Positions 37,757 to 49,753 of a stretch of DNA of 64,000 bases are shown here, in pieces. Under the pieces are notes generated by a model that was not told the DNA's origin, made no database searches, and saw only the letters and a program-made list of their open reading frames with translations. A program made the translations under genes and the position numbers. This DNA comes from Octopus sinensis (taxonomy: Eukaryota). The stretch's first letter is position 1. Every line of letters starts with the position of its first letter. The stretch is from positions 13,950,001 to 14,014,000 of the forward strand of contig NC_043022.1 in NCBI RefSeq assembly GCF_006345805.1, written 5' to 3'.

Positions 37757-38065
37757 TATATATATATATATATATATGAATGTATGTGTATATGTGTTTA
37801 ACTAAAGGCGGTGCTCCAGCATGGTCACAGTCAACTCCTCTTGGGTGAATAAAAATGAGAAACAACTCAAATACTGAAATTGACATAACCAACGAAGCTC
37901 CCCTCCCCTCAAAATATGCCAGCCTTTTACCAAAATTCAAAACAAATTATTATTATTATTATTTGGGTTTGGCTCATGTTTGCTCTTATTCCTAGGGGGT
38001 TACCATCTGTGACCTGAGGCATCCACAAGTTTCCAGCAGTCTTTTATCATCATCATCATCATTGT

Positions 38066-38798
38066 TTAACCCTTTCGTTACCAACCTGGCTGAAACTGCC
38101 TCTGGCTTTGTAGGACAGATGTCTTGTTTTCATAAGTTTTGAATTAAAATCTTCCTCCAAACCTTAGTCACAATTTATGTTCCCAACACAAGTTTAATAA
38201 TGATTAAATTATTTTACAAAAGTCTTTGTTATATTTAAAGTAATTGAAAGAAACACAGAGCATCTCAACAGAAATACGGTAATGAAAGGGTTAAAAGATA
38301 CAATAGAGGAAGAATTCTTAATCCTTTCATTATCAACTGGGCTGAAACTGCCTCTGGCTCTGTAGTACAAATGTCTTGTTTACAAAAGTTTTGAATTAAA
38401 ATCTTCCACCAAACCTTTGTCACAATTTATGTTCTTAACATTAGCTTAATGATAACTAAGTTATTTTACTAAATTCTTTGTTAGATTTAAAATAAATTGA
38501 AAGAAATACAGAGCATCTCAACAGAAATACAGTAACGAAAGGGTTAAAATATATAATAGAGAAACAATTCTTAACCCTTTTGATACCAATCTGGCTGAAA
38601 CCAATTCTGGCTCTGAGTACAAATGTCTTGTTTTCTTAAGTTTTGAATTAAAATCTTCCACCAAACCTTACTCACAATTTATGTTCCTAACACTAGCTTA
38701 ATGATAACGAAGTTATTTTACTAAATTCTTTGTTATATTTGAAATTAATTGAAAGAAACACAGAGCATCTCAACAGAAATAGGGTAACAAAAGGGTTA
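38066..38798. mobile_element. three tandem piggyBac-type MITEs of about 230 bp
   Basis: TTAACCCTTTCGTTACC...GGTAACGAAAGGGTTAA units at about 38066, 38317 and 38571; remnants at 4400-4500, 4930-5020 and 61540-61760. Confidence 0.85.
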
Positions 38799-39015
38799 AC
38801 GTCCGTTTTCCATGCTGGCCTGGGTTGGACGGTTTGACTGAGGACTGGCAAGCCAGCAGGCTGCACCAGGCTCCAATCTGATCTGGCAAAGTTTCTACAG
38901 CTGGATGCCCTTCCTAATGCCAACCACTCAGAGTGTAGTGGCTGCTATGTGCCACTGGCATCGGCCATGCTTGAATGGTGCCTTTTACATGCCTCCAGCA
39001 AGGGAACCAGTCAGG

Positions 39016-39225
39016 TGGTGCGTAGAACCCTCCTGAAAATCCTTGCTGTCCCTAAGAGACCAACTTTCTGTGGGAGCTCTACCGGACATTCTATTTCAAT
39101 CTCCTCAGCCATTGTCTTTATCTTTGCTTACGGTTCCCAATACACCAATTATTAGAGTCACGACTTTTACTGTTTGCATTTTCCAAATTCTTCCTATTTC
39201 AAACTTTAAGGGAAAAAATTATCAT
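39016..39225 (-). mobile_element. R4/Dong-like LINE C-terminal (restriction-like endonuclease) fragment
   Basis: Reverse translation ..EIGRIWKM..V..IIGVLGTV..QKVGLLGTARIFRR. Confidence 0.7.
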
Positions 39226-39299
39226 TATTAATTATTATTTCGGTTTCGCTCAGGTTCAGTCATATTCCTGGTAGGAATTATGTGGATAGGAATTATGTA

Positions 39300-39705
39300 G
39301 GTGCAGGAGCAGCTGTGTGGTAAGTAGCTTGCTAACCAACCACATGGTTCTGGGTTCAGTCCCACTGCGTGGCATCTTGGGCAAGTGTCTTCTGCTATAG
39401 CCTCGAGCCGACCAATGCCTTGTGAGTGGATTTGGTAGACGGAAACTGAAAGAAGCCTGTCGTATATATGTATATATATATATATATATGTGTGTGTATG
39501 TGTGTGTGTGTGTGTTTGTCCCCCTAGCATTGCTTGACAACCGATGCTGGTGTGTTTATGTCCCCGTCACTTAGCGGTTCGGCAAAAGAGACCGATGGAA
39601 TAAGTACTGGGCTTACAAAGAATAAGTCCCGGGGTCGATTTGCTCGACTAAAGGCGGTGCTCCAGCATGGCCGCAGTCAAATGACTGAAACAAGTAAAAG
39701 AGTAT
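39300..39705 (+). mobile_element. SINE family A
   Basis: Homology to the other A copies. Confidence 0.9.
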
Positions 39706-39734
39706 AGCTTATGAACACCTGTAACCTTAAGTAT

Positions 39735-39990
39735 CCACAAGTTTTCACCAGTTTTTCAAGTGCTTAGAGCCCTCCTGAAAATCCTTGCTGTCCCTAAGAG
39801 ACCAACTTTCTGTGGGAGCTCTACCGGACATTCTATTTCAATCTCCCTCAGCCATTTGCCTGTATCTTGGCTTACAGTTCCCAACACACCAATTATTATT
39901 GACACAACCTTTACTGTTCACATTTTCCAAATTCTTCCTATTTCAAAGTTTAAGGGATTGTATTGTCTTTGTTTTTCTCCCTCTTTCTTT
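39735..39990 (-). mobile_element. second R4/Dong-like C-terminal fragment
   Basis: KYNPLNFEIGRIWKM..IIIGVLGTV..LPQKVGLLGTARIFRRAL. Confidence 0.72.
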
Positions 39991-40001
39991 ATGATCCAGG
40001 A

Positions 40002-40405
40002 ATCAAACAAGCTCGACCTTTATTCTCTAGAAAAACGCAGACGCCGTGGTGATCTCATTCTTGCTCACAACATCATAAGCGGAAAGTGTAACCTCTCGGA
40101 AGAACTGTCCTTCACTCCTGCTCCAGAGCGTTGGCTGCGGGGTCACTCCGAAAAGCTCTATCTGCGACGATTTCATCTCCATCGAAGGACAGGGGCTTTC
40201 TCCGTCCGGGTTGCAGATTCGTGGAATAAGCTGCCAGACGAGATGGTGAAGATGCCGACGACCGCTCGGTTCAAAGTCTCTCTTGACCACAAGTGGCCTG
40301 AACTCTTTACATCAACACCCTTCCTGTACATAACTCCATGTCCCCCTACATGGCCTTGCTTTTTGCTTTTTGAGCCCAAAACTTAACTTAACTTAACTTA
40401 AGCAT
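40002..40405 (+). mobile_element. CR1-group LINE 3' end
   Basis: LDLYSLEKRRRRGDLI..LRGHSEKL..AFSVRVADSWNKLP..FKVSLD; (CTTAA)n tail. Confidence 0.85.
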
Positions 40406-40444
40406 GATGGGTCGATAAGTAAGCAATTTTGCTTTTCCTTATCT

Positions 40445-40835
40445 TACCTTAATTATTATTATTATTATTATTATTATTATCATTATCATTCAGTAGACTT
40501 ATTTTTATCACATGCTTTCACTGCACTACTAAATGCAGCTCTGTGTGCCTTGGCTATGAGCCGTTGTTTGTTATGGTTACTGTATTTGAAGTGTTTTATG
40601 CAGGATGTGTGCAGTGACTGGTTGTGCTATTTTCTCTATGTTATATACACTTGTTAGTCCTGGTGTTTTTGTTATGTATTTGTCTGAATATTTTTTTATC
40701 ATACCTAATGCACCTACTATGACAGGAATTGTTTCTATTTTTAGACTCCACATTCGAGTCACCTCTATTTCCAGGTCTTTGTATTTTGAAAGTTTCTCCA
40801 TTTCTTTTAGAGAAACATTGTCATCTGTTGGCATT
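40445..40835 (-). mobile_element. R4/Dong-like LINE 3' end
   Basis: DISMPTDDNVSLKEMEKLSKYKDLEIEVTRMW..IPVIVGALG..AHILHKTL; (AAT)n tail. Confidence 0.82.
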
Positions 40836-41109
40836 GATATGTCGATTATTATTATTACTACTATTATCATTATTATTATTATATGTTTGACTTTTGCTTT
40901 GTATTTGTACAAGTTGGCTCCATGTCTCACTTAGAGACCTCAAGAGACAACAAGCTAGAAGTTCATGTTGGCCTAGGGTGCCATTGGTTTTGCACATAGT
41001 GTTGTTCTAGAGAATGTTTAGGAAAACATAAGAAAATTATGAGTTTGTTTTAATTTAATTTTTAAGGTGACAAGTTGGAGGAATTGTTTGTTCACCAGAG
41101 ACAAAATGC

Positions 41110-41490
41110 TTACTCTTTTACTTGTTTCAGTCATTTGACTGCGGCCATGCTGGAGCACCGCCTTTAGTCGAGCAAATCGACGCCGGGACTTATTCTTTGT
41201 AAGCCCAGAACTTATTCTATCGGTCTCTTTTGCCGAACTGCTAAGTGATGGGGACGTAAACACACCAGCATCGGTTGTCAAGCAATGCTAGGGGGACAAA
41301 CACACACACATATATATATACATATATAAGACAGGCTTCTTTCAGTTTCCGTCTACCAAATCCACTCACAAGGCATTGGTCGGCCCGGGGCTATAGCAGA
41401 AGACACTTGCCCAAGTTGACACGCAGTGGGACTGAACCCGGAACCATGTGGTTGGTTAGCAAGCTACTTACCACACAGCCACTCCTGCGC
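41110..41490 (-). mobile_element. SINE family A
   Basis: Homology to the other A copies. Confidence 0.9.
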
Positions 41491-41691
41491 TTAGAAACAT
41501 TTCGTTCATCTTTCTGTTTTAATTTCAAATGCTGCCGAGGTAGACTTATCCGGTCATCCTTTCTGGGTCAATAAAATAAGTACCAGCTGAAAAGTGGGAT
41601 CAATGTAATCAACTCCCCCACCCCTATCTCCCTGAAATTGCTGGCCTTGTGCCAAAATTTAAAACTATTATTATTATTATTATTATTATTA

Positions 41692-42290
41692 AGGCAGCGA
41701 GCTGGCAGAACCATTAACACGCTGGGCAAAATGCTTAGCGGCATTTAGATCATCTTTATGTTCTGAGTTCAAATTCCACCAAGGTCGACTTCACTTTTCA
41801 TCCTTTCTGGGTCGATAAAATAAATACCAGTTAAGTACTGGGGTTGATGTATTCGACTCATCCCCCTCCCCCAAAATTGCTAGCCTTGTGTCAAAATCTG
41901 AAATCATTATTATTATCATTAGCATTCTGGATGAAATGCTTAACGGCGAGCTGGCAGAAACGTTAGCATGCCGGGCGAAATGCTTAGCTGTATTTCGTCT
42001 GCCATTACATTACATTCTGAGTTCAAATTCTGCTGAGATCAACTTTGCCTTTCATCCTTTTGGGGTCAATATAATCGACTTAATCCATTTGTCTGTCCTT
42101 GTTTGTCCCTTCTGTGTTTAGCCCCTTGTGGGTAGTAAAGAAATAGGTATTTCATCTGCCGCTACGTTCTGAGTTCAACTTTGCCTTTCATCCTTTCAGG
42201 GGGTCAATAAATTAAGTACCAGTGAAACACTGGGGTTGATGTAATCGACTACTCCCCTCCTCACAAATATGAGGCCTTTTGCCTCCAGTA
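41692..42290 (+). mobile_element. cluster of SINE family C copies
   Basis: AAGGCAGCGAGCTGGCAGAA heads and CCTTTCATCCTTT..GGTCGAT blocks. Confidence 0.8.
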
Positions 42291-42585
42291 GAAAGGAATA
42301 TTATTATTATTAGCATTTTTCTTTCTTTATTTATCATTTCATTATTATATGTAAACCCCCACACTTTATGTCTGTCTCTGTATTGTCCCCCTTCATCTTT
42401 TGCCCTCACGGCAAATACCGTAAATCCTTGAGTATAATACACAGGGGATTTTTAGGGGACTGTACCTCTGAAAAACCTAAACCTTGTGTATAATACGCAC
42501 CCCTTATCTAACTTAAGTCAAGGAGGTCTATATAACGTTCTTGGTTTGTAAAAATGTATACAGTAACGTCCTTTATTATTATTGT

Positions 42586-42959
42586 ATACTCTTTTACTTT
42601 TACTTGTTTCGGTCATTTGACTGCGGCCATGCTGGAGCACCACCTTTAGTCGAGCAAATCGACCCCGAGTCTTATTCTTTGTAAGCCCAGTACTTATTCT
42701 ATTGGTCTCTTTTGCTGAACCGCTAAGTGACGGGGATGTAAACACACCAGCATCGGTTGTCAAGCAATGCTAGGGGGACAAACACACACATATATACGAC
42801 AGGCTTCTTTCAGTTTCCGTCTACCAAATCCACTCACAAGGCATTGGTCGGCCTGAGGCTATAGCAGAAGACACTTGCCCAAGATGCCACACAGTGGGAC
42901 TGAACCCGGAACCATGTGGTTGGTTAGCAAGCTACTTACCACACAGCCACTCCTGTGCC
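42586..42959 (-). mobile_element. SINE family A
   Basis: Homology to the other A copies. Confidence 0.9.
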
Positions 42960-43913
42960 TATATATAACATAAAGTAAACGTGTAGCTTTTTTGTGCATT
43001 TTGTTTGCAGAAAATAAAGAAATAACAGCAATAACGTTTAATAAATGTTGTTTACTGCAAGTTATGGATGATTCTTTTATGACTTCATTGCTTTCTGGCT
43101 TAGCTTAAAGTATTTTCGTGCCTGACATCACAAAATGCGTCTGAATAAACTTAGCCAGACAGCAAATAGAGACACGGACATTGCTTAGAAAATAATTTTC
43201 ATTTTTAACCTCGTATATAGTACGCACTAGGGATTTTGATCTTTAAATTTTGGGAAAAAAATGCGGATTATACTCAAGGATTTACGGTAAGCGAAATCAT
43301 CATTATTATTATTATTATTATCAAAAGAGATAAATACACAGGTGGGTGGACAAGACGGACAAGTATATTTTAGCCAGGTTGGTTTCTCTCTCCACACACA
43401 CGTCTGTTCTTTCATACTTTTTGTCTTCATTGGAATGCAAAGGAGCGCCTTTTTACAGTAACGAGACAATTTTCTAACGAGCAACTATGTAATTGAGAAG
43501 CAGAAAGTCAATGACAGCTCTACCCTCTTCCTCTCTCTCTCTCTCTCCAAAATACGCCTTCTGAAGTGGTAACGATAACGATGATGATGATGATGATGCT
43601 GAGACTATATTTCGCAGTGGCCAACTTCGTAAGGGTTGGACAACATTCAAAATAGATATAATTATAGTTAATAATATATTACAAGTTTACCCTACACTTA
43701 TTAAGCCTTTTTTTCCATTCCCTTCTCTCGTTTTTTTTTTATCCCTGCTGTTGAGAAAGGTATGGCTCCGTTTGTGTTTCTCTCATATCGTGTCTTTAAT
43801 CTTTCATTTGTTAGATCGTGACCATGCTGGAGCACCAACTGGAAGAATCTTAGTCAAAGAAGTTAACCCTGGTCCTTTATTTTGTTTAAGCCTGGGACTT
43901 ATTCTCAAACCTG

Positions 43914-43916
<3 letters not shown>

Positions 43917-43964
<48 letters not shown>

Positions 43965-43985
43965 TAGAGAGAGAGAAGGAGAGAA

Positions 43986-44048
<63 letters not shown>

Positions 44049-44352
44049 AAGAGAGAGAGGGAGAGGAGAGAGAGATGGAAAGAGAGAAAACGAGAGAGAG
44101 AGAAAAGAGAGATAGATAAAGAGAGACAAGAGAGAGAGATAGAGAAGGAAAGAGAGGAGAGAGAGGAGGGAGAGAGAGAGATAGAGAAGGAAAGAGAGGA
44201 GAGAGAGAAGGTGGGAGAGAGGAGATAGATAAAGAGAGACAAGAGAGAGATATAGAGAGAGAAGGAGAGAGAGAGAGGAGAGAGATAAAGAGAGACAAGA
44301 GAGAGATATAGAGAGAGAAGGAGAGAGAGATGGAAAGAGAGAGAGAGAGAGC
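43917..44352. repeat. (GA)n polypurine tract
   Basis: Direct inspection. Confidence 0.95.
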
Positions 44353-46045
44353 AACTTTCAATCATAAAGCGACAATAAACCTAAAAAAGAAACAAAAGAT
44401 TAAGGTGGTGCTCCAGCATGGCCGCAGTCCAGTGACTGAAACCATTGGCTCCGATGAGGCTTCTGTAAAGGGATTGAATTGTTTATAAATCACAAGATGT
44501 TTATACGTCGAAAGAAATTGTCGTCTTTTTTGGTTTTTTAATAATTTTATTATATTCATAGTATACTATGTGATATTATAATATAGATAAAGTGATAGTC
44601 GCTTCTGGTAGGACCCTAGGGAGGAAGAGTCTAAGAAGTCTACGGCATCAACCCACCAGGAAAAGTGAGCAGAAAAAAAATGGACGGAAGGAAGTATAAA
44701 AATATTCTTAGAACATAAAGACATTCCATGTCTGAGATGTCAACTTTCTTCACAAACCATTTTAGAATATATTTATGCATTCGTTGTGTAAGATTCTTGA
44801 TGTGAAATTGCGTGTTGGAACAGGCATTGTTCAATTGGGTGGGGGTGGGGTGGGTCATTTTGCCAGGAAATACATGCACTGTTTGACCTTCACTTCAGTT
44901 TTATTATTATTTGTTACTATTTATTTCGTCAAAGACCTTTTGTCACCCACATTCTGTGATCTCTTCAATGACTGCTTTCTTCTTCTTCTCCTTCTTCCTC
45001 CTCCCCTCTTCTTCTTCCTCCTTCTCTTCTTCTGTGTCTACTCATTCTCCTCGCTTCATCTTGTTTACTTCATCTTGGCTGGCATTCGGATACTCAACTG
45101 TTTATATTGTCATTGTGTGTGTGTGTGTGTGTGTGTATGAAAAAGAGGGAGAGAGCACGTATGTGACAGTAAGTGCATGTGTGTATTTGTGTATGAGTGT
45201 GTGTGTGTGTACATGCAAGTATATTTGTGTGTGTGTGTGTGTGTTTGTTTCCTATTGTGCGTGTATGTGTGTAATTCAGTTAGTCTCACCTTAAAAAGAC
45301 ATCAAGCGACTAACTTCACATGGAAATAATTATTGTACTCATTACTCGTTAGTGTATGAAACATAATTGCGACAGAGGTGTGTCAAGCATACAACAATTG
45401 CATTTTTTTCCCAGTCGAAATTGCTTTGTCCACTTTGATGACATCACTGTTCACAAAGATAAGGTGTGTGAGATGGCATTCAATGGTTATTTTTTCATGT
45501 TCAGTCAAGCAGAAAGGAGAACCAGTTTTCGTTCTGTTAGTCCAAGTTTTGATCCAGTTCAGCTACATCAAAGAGGCCAGGGAACAGAAGAAAGAAGACA
45601 TGCACCCAACACCAGAGCTGAAGACACCTCTGAAAGGATTTTTTTCAAGACACCAACACTAGCAAGATTGAAAAGTAAGTTGCAAGACAAGACCCCTCCA
45701 CCACCACTTTTGTCAGTCCACGTCAAAACGGCAGAGGAGTAGGGGCCGAAATCTGCTACTGTCCTATTGTACTTTCACATCCTTCAATATCAAACCCCTA
45801 GTGGTGGTGGTGGGGGTCTTGTCTTGCAACTTACTTTCCAACCTTGCTAGTGCTGGTGTCTTGAAAAAAGGCCTCAGTGAACCCTGAAAAGTGGTTGGCA
45901 TTGGGAAGGGCATCCAGCTGTAGAAACCATACCAAAGCAGGCATTGGGGCTTGGTGCAGTCCCCTAGCTCTCCAGCTCTTGTTGGGTCATCCAACCCATG
46001 CCAGCATGGAAGACGGACGCTCAGCACAATCCTTTGGTTTGCTGG

Positions 46046-46358
46046 TGGAGGCACATGGCCTAGTGGTTAGAGCAGCGGACTCGCAGTCGAAGGATCGTGG
46101 GTTCGAATCTCAGACCGGTCGATGTGTGTGTTTACGAGCGAAACACCTAAGCTCCACGCGGCTCCGGCAGAAGGTAATGGCGAACTTCTGCTGACTCTTT
46201 TGCTACAACTTTCTCTCACTCTTTCGTCCTGCATCTTGCAGCTCACCTGCGACGGACAGGAAACTGGGAAACCAGGCCTTATGAGCCAAGCTTGGCTCGA
46301 GAAGGAATTTGGTTTGTTGGTCCCTGCCAAATTGTCCACCCCACGCTAGCAGACATTA
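46046..46358 (+). mobile_element. SINE family B variant
   Basis: tRNA-like head GTGGAGGCACATGGCCTAGTGGTTAGAGCAGCGG; tail resumes at 46755 and ends in (GAT)n. Confidence 0.8.
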
Positions 46359-46754
46359 CTTGTACTTGTGGCAACATTCACCCTGGGCGGGTTGAGTCGG
46401 CTTCTCCCACCACCCTTGAGGCATCTCGAACCATAGTAGTGGAAGAAGTTTCGTGGGAATATGAATTTCACAAGCGGTCCCCAACAACCCTGCATGTAGA
46501 GACATCCTGTTTGCCGCAGATTGTCCGCAGACGCAGGGACAGAACAACCGAGGAGCCGCCGGTTGCCGAAACAGACACTCCAAGGATTTTCACCAGAGCC
46601 TCGTCTGCCGGGTTGTGGCCCTAATACCACTCCGTGTCAAACCAATCTGCCTTGGGTGGCCCTACCAGGAACCGTAGTTCACAACGGCATAGCTCTGACA
46701 CTACCCATTGCCAGCGTCCCCACCACGGTAAGGAGGGGATGGACTTTGGGGACA
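46359..46754 (-). mobile_element. RTE-like 5' UTR up to the start of the endonuclease, between 13-bp direct repeats
   Basis: GAGCTATGCC..CCTGGTAGGGCCACCCAAGGCAG motif recalled from RTE 5' UTRs; ends at VNVAT (upstream of the APE TWNV motif); CTAGCAGACATTA at 46346-46358 and 46755-46767. Confidence 0.55.
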
Positions 46755-47289
46755 CTAGCAGACATTAAATGGCGATGATGATGATGATGTTAAAGGTTGA
46801 AAGAAAGCCTTACTCTCAGATTTTTCCACAGTTTACGTCAGTGATTAGCACAAATGGTAATTAATGCATGGGCCATAAATCTCAACCTGTTCCAGAACTG
46901 CAACAAGTAACCACCTACCATGTTGAACAATACACTGAATACATCAAAGGCAGTTCTCTACTGGTTCATGAATTAATCTAAGCTTTCTGTCAGCTTGTTT
47001 ATACAGTTCTGCGCTGAGCTGTTGTCGGTTTTACGGGTTTTATTGAATGCAACTGGGTTACGTATGACCTGGCAACGATTCATGAAATAAGGTGGCAAGA
47101 TGGCAGAAATGTTAGCAGGACAGTGAGGACATAGCCTAGGAGGAGCTGGGTCACAGCAGGGGCTGCTGCTGCTTGTTGTCAGTGTTGTCATCATCATCTT
47201 CATCTTCGTTGTCATCGTCATCATCTTTGTTGTTGCCGTCATCGACGTTGTCATCACTGAGAACAACAACAACCAAAGTAGCAGCAACA

Positions 47290-47650
47290 GTGGAGGCGCA
47301 ATGGCCCAGTGGTTAGGGCAGCGGACTCGCAGTCGGAGGATCGCGGTTTCGATTCCCAGACCAGGCGTTGTGTGTGTTTATTGAGCGAAAACACCTAAAA
47401 GCTCCATGAGGCTCCGGCAGGGGGTGGTGGCGACCCCTGTTGTACTCTTTTGCCCCAACCTTCTCTCACTCTTTCTTCCTGTTTCTTGTCTCCGACTTCC
47501 TACACAACTGCTAAGCCTGGATGCACATTCATCCATCCGTTGATGCTCTCGGTGTCGGGGTTGACCTGCTTTCTCTTCTGCGGGTCTTACGAATAGCAAA
47601 GGACCATGTTTCGGACTTCTCCCTCTAATGGGACGAAGACCGCTTCGCTC
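47290..47650 (+). mobile_element. SINE family B, third tail variant
   Basis: B head, distinct tail, (ACAA)n end. Confidence 0.8.
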
Positions 47651-48795
47651 AACAAACAAACAAAGCAGCAGCAACAACAACAAAAACACAACAAAAGCAG
47701 CAGCGGTAGTAGCAGCAGTAGCAGCACCAACACCAACCCCTGGGAATTACTGCATTTGAGTGTTAGGACATAGGGTTTGTCACCTGGTTTCCATGGTATG
47801 TAAGTGACTGAAATCACAACATTCACCCATGGATGGGATGCCAGTCCTTTGTAGGTTTACTCACTTGCAGCTGAGTGGATTGGAGGAGCAGTGGGGAAAA
47901 TGGTGTCTTTTTGCTCAAGAACACATCACATTGCCTTGTCTGTGAATTGAAACCTCAATCTCAGGATTGCGAATGCAGCACCCTAACCCCATGGTCCTCA
48001 ACCTTTTTAGTATCTGGGTCAGGTCCAAAACCTGGTTTTTCCCTTCTTTAGGGGGCTGGGCCTAACATAAAGCAAAACAAAAGTCAATTAAAGGAGAATA
48101 TATTTATAGAGGAAAGACCATCAAGGGTTGCCAGAAGGATGCTTGAGGGCCACATGTGTCATGGTTGAGGATCGCTGCCCTAGCCACTGAACTACTTACC
48201 TTTACTCTGGACGGGTTACTCCAGGTGCAAAATTCTTAGGGGCTCAAAGTAAAAAACAACAACATAAAGATGTAATAATAAGTAAAGGAAAGTAATGTCC
48301 CCTCCCTGCTCTGGTTGCCTTGTCTTGGGTAATGGCACCCCATGTCACATCAGTGATAAAAGGCGTGCGTCAGCCTTTCACCTGAAGAAGTCAGGTGTGT
48401 AAATTGCTTCTCAGTATGTATGTGTGTGTGTATATATATATGTATATATTTAGTTCAATTTCAATAGTTTATTTTTTCTTGTTATAAATGGGTTAAACAT
48501 TATCAAATTGTATTAAGCAATGTGCACGCACATACATGTATGTATATAAATAATATATATATGCATAAATACTTATGTATATGTACATACTTACATCTAT
48601 ATATATATAAAGTTTGAGTACATGGAATATAAACTATTTTTTCAAACAACAAAAGACACAAATAGAAAACAAGACAAACAACTTAAAGAACGACCCTTCA
48701 TCAGTTGTTGGCTGTTTTTCTACTCTCGTATTTCGAGCAGTTGTATGTATGCATGTATATTATATATATACATACACACACACATACATACATAT

Positions 48796-49171
48796 AAAAA
48801 ATTAACAGAATGAGATAAAAAATCCAAGGCTGTGAATAGTTTTCAGAACATTTATGAAGAGGCCTTACAGCTGTTTCTGGGATATTTTACATATCCCTTC
48901 ATCAGAGACGGTGCGAGAAAATGGTTAAGCAACAGTTATTATAGAGAAGATAAGAAATACAGAGTGAAGTGGAGGAATGAAAACAGACGTGAGATACATA
49001 AGGATATTCTATCATTCATCCACTTCTTGCTGTATTTCATATCTTCTCTAGAATAACTATTGCTAAACCATTTTCTTGCACCATCTTCCGGAAACAGATG
49101 TAAGACATCTTTATAAATGTTCTGAAATTTTTCACAGCCTTGGATTTTTCATTTCATTCTTTTAATTTTTT
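48796..49171. mobile_element. imperfect fold-back pLTR element carrying a hammerhead in one arm
   Basis: Two diverged inverted arms separated by a loop of about 35 nt. Confidence 0.75.
48862..48909 (-). ncRNA. minimal type I hammerhead ribozyme with palindromic stem III
   Basis: GTCT-CTGATGA-A GGGATA TGTAAAA TATCCC A-GAAAC AGCT GTA-AGGC. Confidence 0.7.
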
Positions 49172-49339
49172 ATATATATGTATGCTAATATATGACCTAT
49201 GTTGGACTCATTTGCATAACCACCAAACCTGGAGCTTAACTATACTCTGTCCATAGCACTTACTCAGCATTACCTGACACCTTTGAGTCTTATTGACACC
49301 ATTACCTCTCATAACCTAATATATATATATATATATATA

Positions 49340-49647
49340 TCACGTGATCACGTGACCGACCAGTCCATCAGATGTAGTTACACATCGCTGGTCACAATGC
49401 GTTCACATTGTTTTAGCCTTCAAATGACGCCACCCCGCTGGCTAAGCGAGCAGGCTAACAGAAGAAAGAGAGAGAAAAAGTTGTGGCGAAAGAGTACAGC
49501 AGGGATCACCACCCCCTGCCGGAGCCTCGTGGAGCTTTTAGGTGTTTTCGCTCAATAAACACACACAATGCCCGGTCTGGGAATCGAAACCGCGATCCTA
49601 CGACCGCGAGTCCGCTGCCCTAACCACTTGGCCATTGCGCCTCCACA
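49340..49647 (-). mobile_element. SINE family B, CACGTGA-tail variant
   Basis: Homolog of 37469-37756. Confidence 0.85.
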
Positions 49648-49753
49648 TATATATATATATAAAAACAAAGGGTAAAATTAATTAATTAAGAAGTAATCAA
49701 TAATTTCACCAAGTAGAATTTGGTATGAAAAAGGACCATTTCACGGTAAACTT

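Noticed and set aside
39760-40386. 208-aa ORF as a host gene
   Set aside because: Chance fusion of an antisense R4/Dong fragment and a sense CR1 3' fragment
48660-48740. CTGATGA core on the minus strand near 48699
   Set aside because: No correctly ordered GAAA, stem III and NUH triplet in the available sequence
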